Under the pieces are notes generated by a model that made no database searches, had not been told where the DNA came from, and worked only from the letters and a program-made list of their open reading frames with translations. 23,475 bases of DNA, taken from positions 1 through 23,475 of the IMG/VR virus record IMGVR_UViG_2529293249_000015, one strand, 5' to 3'. A program made the translations under genes and the position numbers. Below, in pieces: positions 17,634-23,475 of the stretch; positions within the stretch are counted from its first letter, which is position 1; every line of letters begins with the position of its first letter. This stretch comes from a virus (lineage: Duplodnaviria; Heunggongvirae; Uroviricota; Caudoviricetes).

Positions 17634-18146
17634 TCAGTTTGCTCCCTGTAAACACCAGGCCATCTCCCGCGCACGGCGGTTATCCAGCCCCTGATTAAAC
17701 ACACCTTTTACATAAACCCAGCGCGGCAACTGTCGGCACGCATCCGCCCAGCGCCGCTGATTGAGTAATTTCACCAGCGTGGAACTGCAGGCATTGCCCG
17801 TTCCCACGTTGAAGGCAAACGACACCGCAGCGTCATATACCTTCTGCGGCGGCTGTTGTTTCACACACCTTTCCAGCGCCCGCTCCACACGCAGCACGTT
17901 GGAAATCAGTCCTTCTGCTGCCTGTCGTTCCGTAATGGTTTTGCCGGGAATGACGCCTGACGTGTTACCAATGCCGTCGGTCCAGACGCCCGCGCTGCAC
18001 TGATACGGCTGCAGACGACAGCCTTCGTAATCGGCAATCAGTTTCAGCCCCTCCACGGAGGTGTGAAGCTGCTGAAACCCCGGCAGCGTGGCAGCAATAG
18101 CCAGCACGGCCCCGACAAGGCAGCGTTTAACGATTGATGGATTCAT
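17634..18146 (-). CDS. SAR (signal-anchor-release) endolysin, T4-lysozyme fold (P2 K position)
   Basis: 170-aa ORF; N-terminal weakly hydrophobic Ala/Gly-rich helix (CLVGAVLAIAATLPGF) then YEGCRLQPYQCSAGVWTDGIGNT, closely resembling P1 Lyz / phage 21 R type lysozymes. Confidence 0.85.
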   Translation of the reverse strand: MNPSIVKRCLVGAVLAIAATLPGFQQLHTSVEGLKLIADYEGCRLQPYQCSAGVWTDGIGNTSGVIPGKTITERQAAEGLISNVLRVERALERCVKQQPPQKVYDAAVSFAFNVGTGNACSSTLVKLLNQRRWADACRQLPRWVYVKGVFNQGLDNRRAREMAWCLQGAN

Positions 18147-18342
18147 AGTCCTCCCGCGAGATCTGCCCGTCGCGCAGAAGCTGGTAGGCTTTGTGTTTGT
18201 AGTACCAGTTGATAGCCAGCATCAGCACACCAATCATCAGGCCGCCCAGCGTTGAGGCATCCTTGATGGACAAATCGCCCAGCCAGGCCAGCACAACGGC
18301 GATGCAGTACGTGATAAAGGCGCTGATTCGCTCAAGCGTCAT
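18127..18342 (-). CDS. class II holin (two TMDs, possible pinholin; P2 Y position)
   Basis: 71-aa ORF with two hydrophobic helices (ISAFITYCIAVVLAWLG; LGGLMIGVLMLAINWYY) and charged C-terminus; GGGAG RBS; overlaps the endolysin start. Confidence 0.7.
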   Translation of the reverse strand: MTLERISAFITYCIAVVLAWLGDLSIKDASTLGGLMIGVLMLAINWYYKHKAYQLLRDGQISREDYESINR

Positions 18343-18345
18343 AAT

Positions 18346-18549
18346 TCACTCCCATAGCTGGACGGTCTGCACGGTGGTGGTGGTCGGAATGTCCGGCAGC
18401 TCCACCTGCAGCCCGTGAGGTAAAAAGGGGCCATATTCGGCAAGCCCCGGATTTGCCTTCAGTACCTGCTCCGTGACACCCTGCGTGCGCCCGTAATGAC
18501 GCCAGCAAAGCGCGTCCACCGTGTCATACTGATGCGCACGCACTTTCAT
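18346..18549 (-). CDS. X: tail protein X
   Basis: 67-aa ORF (MKVRAHQYDTVDALCWRHYGRTQGV...) matching P2 gpX in length and sequence pattern. Confidence 0.8.
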   Translation of the reverse strand: MKVRAHQYDTVDALCWRHYGRTQGVTEQVLKANPGLAEYGPFLPHGLQVELPDIPTTTTVQTVQLWE

Positions 18550-19013
18550 CAGATAAGCTCCACTGTGCAGTGCGGCGCATCCTGCACCCGACTGATGGCC
18601 CAGCGGGCGTCACGCCACAAATCACCGCTGGATTCCGCCAGTTCCTCGCCTCGCTTCACACCGGATGCCGTGGCGTCATAGTCCTGGTATCGTTCGTTGA
18701 GCATGGCGCGTGCCCAGCAGTAAACCGCGTTGAAATAGTGCTGAATGCGCTCACTTTTGCCGTCCAGCTGTTCCGCCGGAACCTCAGCCAGCGACACATA
18801 CCCCAGCATCTGCTGACGTCTGCGAAACTCATACAGCTCTGCGTTGACCTCCGAAATTGCCGACAGCGCAACCTGCTTTAAACGCGGCTGCGTCACCGTG
18901 CCGTCAGTGCGCATGACACTGCGAAACTCCGACAGGTCCACATCAGGCCAGAACGGCGTATTTCTGATGATTTCCGCCTGTTCCGGTGCCTGTTCTGGCG
19001 CAACAAACTTCAT
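18549..19013 (-). CDS. L: capsid completion protein L
   Basis: 154 aa from MKFVAPEQAPEQAEIIRNTPFWP with AGGAGA RBS; the tracked ORF has a 21-codon extension without an RBS. Confidence 0.85.
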   Translation of the reverse strand: MKFVAPEQAPEQAEIIRNTPFWPDVDLSEFRSVMRTDGTVTQPRLKQVALSAISEVNAELYEFRRRQQMLGYVSLAEVPAEQLDGKSERIQHYFNAVYCWARAMLNERYQDYDATASGVKRGEELAESSGDLWRDARWAISRVQDAPHCTVELI

Positions 19014-19108
19014 GCTGCTTTCTCCTGAAATAGAGGGCGGTGGACGGGGTTTTGATGTGGCAGTGCCTTTCGCCACCCCGTGCCGCCCGTGCGCGGGGGC
19101 ACGTTCTG

Positions 19109-19759
19109 TCAGCGGCTGTCATTGCGCAGTCTGCGCTCCAGCTGCTGTTTGTCTTTTTTCACGCCACAGCGGGGATCAAGCTGTAACGCATGGTTGAGAT
19201 GATTAAGGGCGGAAGCCGGATTGCTTTCACTCAGGACAGCGCCAATCGCTTTATGCAGACGCGCCCGTGACTGGTCCGGCATATCCAGACCGTCTGTCAG
19301 CTCCAGCGTCTGCAACAACAGATCGGCATCAAAGCCGGTGGCGGCAAGCATTGCGCTCTGCGCGGCGTCTGCCATTTCCTCTGCCAGCACGGTCTGCACG
19401 TTGCGGTTACCCAGCGGCATCACCCAGCCATGACGCAGGGCATGACGCCCGATCTCCAGCGCCCCGGCATAATCTCCGGCATCAATGCGCCACAGCATCA
19501 CGTACATCAGCACGTCATCCTGTTGAGCGCCTCCGGCAGCCAGGACACCCTCTGCCCAGGCGGCGTACTTCGGCAGCAGCTCCACCTTGATTTCCGCTTT
19601 TTTGACCGTGGACTGAACGCCCTTGAGACGGCGGCGGTCTTCCGCCAGTTGCAGCAGCATCAGGTCATAGCCCGATGCGTGGCGAACACTGCCGCCCTCG
19701 CGGGCGGCCTGTTCAGCCTGAACGCGCAGGCGATGCTGCCGTGCGGGACTCAGGCTCAT
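19109..19759 (-). CDS. M: terminase small (endonuclease) subunit M
   Basis: 216-aa ORF in the P2 gpM position between N and L (DDVLMYVMLWRIDAGDYAGALEIGRHALRHG). Confidence 0.85.
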   Translation of the reverse strand: MSLSPARQHRLRVQAEQAAREGGSVRHASGYDLMLLQLAEDRRRLKGVQSTVKKAEIKVELLPKYAAWAEGVLAAGGAQQDDVLMYVMLWRIDAGDYAGALEIGRHALRHGWVMPLGNRNVQTVLAEEMADAAQSAMLAATGFDADLLLQTLELTDGLDMPDQSRARLHKAIGAVLSESNPASALNHLNHALQLDPRCGVKKDKQQLERRLRNDSR

Positions 19760-19762
19760 GGA

Positions 19763-20821
19763 TTACGCTCCGGTTTCGGCTGCGGCGGCGCTGAAATCAC
19801 CAATCTGGATGTTTTCCACCAGTGCGGCGCAGCGGTAGTCCTCAACCACATAGGCTTCATTAACGGATTCAAAGTTTTCAATCCGGTCACGTTTCGGGTT
19901 GTCGATAACTGAACGGCGGCGGGTGTCTTCCTGCCAGTAGATGGACAGGTTATCCAGACGGGTGATCAGCAGTGCATTCGGCGGGAAGAACGGCGCACGC
20001 ACGGCCTGCAGGCCACCCATGCGTTTCTGACTGATGATCATATCGGCAGCCAGTTTTTCACTGTTTTCCTGCTCTTTGTTGACCAGTGGGAAATACTTGT
20101 CAGACAACAGTTCACGGCCGCAAATCACCACCAGATCGTCATCGTCCTGGTAGACCACGTCGATAAGCTCATTGACGGCATCCATCACCACGGCGTCCAG
20201 GTTGGCATATTCGCCACCTTTCCCGACTTTCACCGCACCCGGTGTGGTTTCACCGCCCGTGGTGGTGCTGCCCATGACGTGATCCGGTGCATCCTCACGG
20301 ATTTTCTGCAGCCAGCCTTTATTCACATCCTGCAGCAGCGGGTTTTCGCTACGGTTTGAGGTTTTCGCACGCTTCACGCCGTTAAAGCCGATCATGATGC
20401 GGTCCAGTGCCTGACGTTTCACGATCGCGTCACGAATACGCACCTGGAAATCCTGAAACTTCGCCCACAGGTCCAGCTTCGCGTAGGTCAGCACCGTGTC
20501 AAAGTTGGTCTGCTCGCATTTGTATTCCACATCGACCATCAGCGTCGGATCGACAGGCTCACGCTCTTTTGCGGTGGTATCAGTGGTTCCGGCAATGGTG
20601 CTGCCAACACCCAGCCCCAGCAGCTGACCAGACTGCTCGGTCACTGGCGTGACGTTAATCAGCGTCAGGAAAGCGGCGGATTGCTGGATCTGGTCTTCCA
20701 GCGTCTGCTGCACAGACGGCTCCACGGTGAACTTGCTGGACAGTTCTTCAACTGCCACACCGTTCAGACGCGCCAGCTGCTGCAGGTAAGCGTTAAAAGC
20801 AAAGCGGGTATTCTTCTTCAT
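19763..20821 (-). CDS. N: major capsid protein N
   Basis: 352-aa ORF (MKKNTRFAFNAYLQQLARLNGV) resembling P2 gpN in length and sequence. Confidence 0.95.
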   Translation of the reverse strand: MKKNTRFAFNAYLQQLARLNGVAVEELSSKFTVEPSVQQTLEDQIQQSAAFLTLINVTPVTEQSGQLLGLGVGSTIAGTTDTTAKEREPVDPTLMVDVEYKCEQTNFDTVLTYAKLDLWAKFQDFQVRIRDAIVKRQALDRIMIGFNGVKRAKTSNRSENPLLQDVNKGWLQKIREDAPDHVMGSTTTGGETTPGAVKVGKGGEYANLDAVVMDAVNELIDVVYQDDDDLVVICGRELLSDKYFPLVNKEQENSEKLAADMIISQKRMGGLQAVRAPFFPPNALLITRLDNLSIYWQEDTRRRSVIDNPKRDRIENFESVNEAYVVEDYRCAALVENIQIGDFSAAAAETGA

Positions 20822-20837
20822 CAGGTTTTGTGCTCCA

Positions 20838-21671
20838 TCAGCAATTGGTCAGAGTGTCAGCGGGGGCGTTACCGCCTGTTGCACGCTGGCGGTAGTCCTG
20901 GCGGCTGTCTTCATGACTTAGCTTATTCACCAGTTCGTTAAAGGCGGTCTGCTGTGCCTGCAGGGCAGTCTCCAGCTCAGACAGACGTTCTTCCTGCTCA
21001 GACAGGGATTTTTCGGTGCGTGCGCTCAGGTTCTGCTGCTCAGTGGCGACCAGCTCCACGGCCTTATGCACATCAGAGAACCGGGCGTCATCGGACTGCT
21101 CTTTTTTGGTGAACAGCGCCGTGACACGGGCAAACAGGGACGGTTTGTCATCCTGGATTTCTTCCAGTTCGATCACCGTTTCCTCTGCAGCGGTAAAGAG
21201 ATTGGCAGGATTCTGCTTGCGGTTTGCCAGCGGGTTATGGGCTGCACTGGCGCTGAATGTCAGCATTTCAGTGCCCAGACTGGCAGGGTCATCAGTGGCA
21301 GCCAGGCCGACCAGGTAGGCTTTGCCCGTATCAGCGAACTTCGGGCTGACTTCCATAGAGGTGAATAATTTCTGGCCTTTTTTCACCAGCTCCACCAGGG
21401 ACTCCGTTGGCTCAACGTCGGCATACAGCGCCATCTTGCCTGCCAGCGGACCTTCCGTGATTTCTTCAGCAAACAGCGCCGTCACCTTGCCGTAGCGGTT
21501 AAAGGTGCTGTCCGGCAGATAAGACTTGATGTGCTCAAGGTTAATCAGCGCGGTGTACACCGTCGGGTTGTAGCTGGCTGCCATCTGTTCAAGCCATTCA
21601 CGCTGGATTTCGCGTCCGTCGGTGGTGGCACCTTCCACCCCGATGCGAAAACGCTTTACTTTCACTGTCAT
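20838..21671 (-). CDS. O: capsid scaffolding protein O
   Basis: 277-aa ORF (MTVKVKRFRIGVEGATTDGREI) with acidic, coiled-coil-like C-terminal half; P2 gpO-like; GGAG RBS. Confidence 0.9.
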   Translation of the reverse strand: MTVKVKRFRIGVEGATTDGREIQREWLEQMAASYNPTVYTALINLEHIKSYLPDSTFNRYGKVTALFAEEITEGPLAGKMALYADVEPTESLVELVKKGQKLFTSMEVSPKFADTGKAYLVGLAATDDPASLGTEMLTFSASAAHNPLANRKQNPANLFTAAEETVIELEEIQDDKPSLFARVTALFTKKEQSDDARFSDVHKAVELVATEQQNLSARTEKSLSEQEERLSELETALQAQQTAFNELVNKLSHEDSRQDYRQRATGGNAPADTLTNC

Positions 21672-21749
21672 GAGCCGTGCTCCGTTAGAAAAAACTTACT
21701 GGAGCCTTATGGTTGCGGTGATAGGGGCAGTGAAACAATGCGCGGTATT

Positions 21750-21767
21750 TGTACCGACAACCACACA
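21750..21767 (-). promoter_or_regulatory. candidate Ogr-dependent late promoter element in the O-P intergenic region (P_O, possibly shared with P_P)
   Basis: TGT-N12-ACA dyad (minus-strand reading TGTGTGGTTGTCGGTACA), then 34 nt, then CAACCA, about 78 nt before the O ATG; shares TGTGTG-N6-CGGTACA with the FI site. Confidence 0.45.
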
Positions 21768-21813
21768 AACCGCAGGCGGGGAAAGCCTTCATTCAAGGCT
21801 GTAGGTTTGTTCC

Positions 21814-23475
21814 ATGAACACCACACTGACACCCGCAGATCTCGATCCCCGTCGGCAGGCCATGCTGCTGTACTTTCAGGGATACCGCGTAGCCCGCATT
21901 GCTGAAATGCTGGGCGAGAAAGTTGCAACCGTTCACAGCTGGAAAAAACGCGACAAGTGGGGTGACTATGGGCCGCTGGATCAGATGCAGCTCACCACCG
22001 CCGCACGCTACTGCCAGCTCATTATGAAGGAGCACAAAGAAGGGAAAGATTTCAAAGAGATTGACCTGCTGGCGCGCCAGTCGGAACGCCACGCGCGGAT
22101 CGGCAAGTTTAACAATGGCGGCAACGAAGCCGACTTAAACCCTAACGTCGCCAACCGCAACAAAGGCCCGCGCCGTCAGCCGGAAAAGAATGTTTTCACC
22201 GATGAGCAGATTGAGAAGCTGGAAGAAATCTTCCATTCCTCCATGTTCAACTACCAGCGCCACTGGTGGGAAGCCGGAAAAACCAACCGCATCCGCAACC
22301 TGCTGAAGTCACGCCAGATCGGCGCGACCTTTTACTTTGCCCGTGAAGCCCTGATTGACGCTCTGCTTACCGGACGTAACCAGATTTTCCTTTCCGCCAG
22401 CAAGGCACAGGCCCACGTCTTTAAGCAGTACATCATCGACTTCGCTAAAGAAGTGGAGGTGGAGCTGAAAGGCGATCCGATGGTGCTTCCTAACGGGGCC
22501 ACGCTTTACTTCCTCGGCACCAATGCCCGCACGGCCCAGAGTTATCACGGCAACCTGTATCTGGATGAATATTTCTGGATACCGAAATTCCAGGAGCTGC
22601 GCAAAGTGGCTTCCGGTATGGCTATTCACAAAAAATGGCGACAGACCTATTTTTCCACGCCATCCAGCCTGACACACAGTGCTTATCCGTTCTGGTCCGG
22701 TGCGCTGTTCAACCGTGGGCGCAACAAAGCCGATAAGGTGGACATCGACCTGTCCCACAGCAATCTGGCCCCCGGCCTGCTGTGCGCAGACGGACAATAC
22801 CGCCAGATAGTCACCGTGGAAGATGCGGTGCGCGGCGGCTGTAACCTGTTCGACCTTGACCAGTTGCGCATGGAATACAGCCCGGACGAATACCAGAACC
22901 TGCTGATGTGTGAGTTCGTGGACGATCTCGCGTCCGTGTTCCCGCTCAGCGAACTGCAGGCGTGCATGGTGGACAGCTGGGAAGTCTGGACCGACTTTCA
23001 TGCACTGGCCCTGCGCCCGTTTGGCTGGCGCGAAGTGTGGATCGGTTATGACCCGGCAAAAGGTACGCAGAACGGCGACAGTGCCGGATGCGTGGTGGTG
23101 GCTCCGCCAGCCGTACCGGGCGGTAAATTCCGCATTCTTGAGCGTCACCAGTGGCGCGGGATGGACTTCCGCGCTCAGGCTGACGCCATCAAAAAACTGA
23201 CCGAACAGTACAACGTGACTTATATCGGTATCGACTCAACCGGCGTTGGTCACGGGGTTTACGAGAACGTGAAAGCATTCTTTCCTGCCGTCCGGGAGTT
23301 TGTCTACAACCCCAACGTTAAAAACGCCCTGGTGCTCAAGGCCTACGACATTATCAGCCACCGCCGTCTGGAGTTTGACGCCGGGCACACCGACATTGCG
23401 CAATCATTTATGGCAATCCGTCGCGCTACCACCGCCAGCGGCAACCGCCCGACCTATGAAGCCAGCCGCAGCGAA
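21814..23475 (+). CDS. P: terminase large (ATPase) subunit P, 5' partial at window end
   Basis: Open frame from ATG 21814 to the window end with no stop (554 codons, hand-translated: MNTTLTPADLDPRRQAMLLYFQGYRVARIAEML...). Absent from the supplied ORF track only because it has no stop codon in the window. Divergent from O as in P2. Confidence 0.9.
   Translation, partial: MNTTLTPADLDPRRQAMLLYFQGYRVARIAEMLGEKVATVHSWKKRDKWGDYGPLDQMQLTTAARYCQLIMKEHKEGKDFKEIDLLARQSERHARIGKFNNGGNEADLNPNVANRNKGPRRQPEKNVFTDEQIEKLEEIFHSSMFNYQRHWWEAGKTNRIRNLLKSRQIGATFYFAREALIDALLTGRNQIFLSASKAQAHVFKQYIIDFAKEVEVELKGDPMVLPNGATLYFLGTNARTAQSYHGNLYLDEYFWIPKFQELRKVASGMAIHKKWRQTYFSTPSSLTHSAYPFWSGALFNRGRNKADKVDIDLSHSNLAPGLLCADGQYRQIVTVEDAVRGGCNLFDLDQLRMEYSPDEYQNLLMCEFVDDLASVFPLSELQACMVDSWEVWTDFHALALRPFGWREVWIGYDPAKGTQNGDSAGCVVVAPPAVPGGKFRILERHQWRGMDFRAQADAIKKLTEQYNVTYIGIDSTGVGHGVYENVKAFFPAVREFVYNPNVKNALVLKAYDIISHRRLEFDAGHTDIAQSFMAIRRATTASGNRPTYEASRSE

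Larger units (their letters stand above)
2776..23475 (-). mobile_element. P2-like prophage, late-gene half (partial; continues beyond window end)
   Basis: Uninterrupted P2 gene order ogr-D-U-T-E-FII-FI ... H-I-J-W-V-S-R-lysCBA-K-Y-X-L-M-N-O on one strand with divergent P; left boundary is approximate, somewhere in 2621..2855. Confidence 0.9.

Noticed and set aside
19014-19108. GC-rich 95-bp spacer between M and L with partial dyads
   Set aside because: No clean stem followed by a T-run and no recognisable motif; probably just the RBS region for L plus a short spacer.
22309-23148. 279-aa minus-strand ORF
   Set aside because: Antisense to the terminase ATPase gene P, which is a long uninterrupted frame with a clear start.
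1-23475. CRISPR arrays, rRNA or tRNA genes, insertion-sequence transposases
   Set aside because: No short direct repeats with regular spacers, no tRNA-like cloverleaf and no transposase-like ORF were seen; the only recombinase is the invertase, and the integrase is outside the window.

Overview
The window holds about 2.6 kb of Escherichia coli-type chromosome (grxA, ybjM, ybjL) followed, from roughly 2.8 kb to the window end, by the late-gene half of a P2-like (Peduovirus-type) prophage. The prophage genes are called from protein sequence and the conserved P2 gene order. Running left to right: ogr next to the host junction, then on the minus strand D-U-T-E/E'-FII-FI (tail), a Gin/Hin-family DNA invertase, an invertible tail-fibre segment, H-I-J-W-V (fibre and baseplate), S-R (tail completion), lysC/lysB/lysA-endolysin-holin (lysis), X-L-M-N-O (head), and the start of the terminase ATPase gene P on the plus strand running off the window. 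The early/lysogeny region, the portal gene Q, cos and the second attachment junction are outside the window. The region is tightly packed; I find no unexplained cargo or defence gene and no CRISPR, tRNA or rRNA. The most interesting features are the invertase-driven tail-fibre switch, a lysis cassette built on a P1 Lyz-like SAR endolysin, a -1 frameshift in E/E', and a conserved late-promoter architecture that predicts leaderless transcripts for V and possibly P. All similarity statements are from memory of the protein families; no database search or GC calculation was run.
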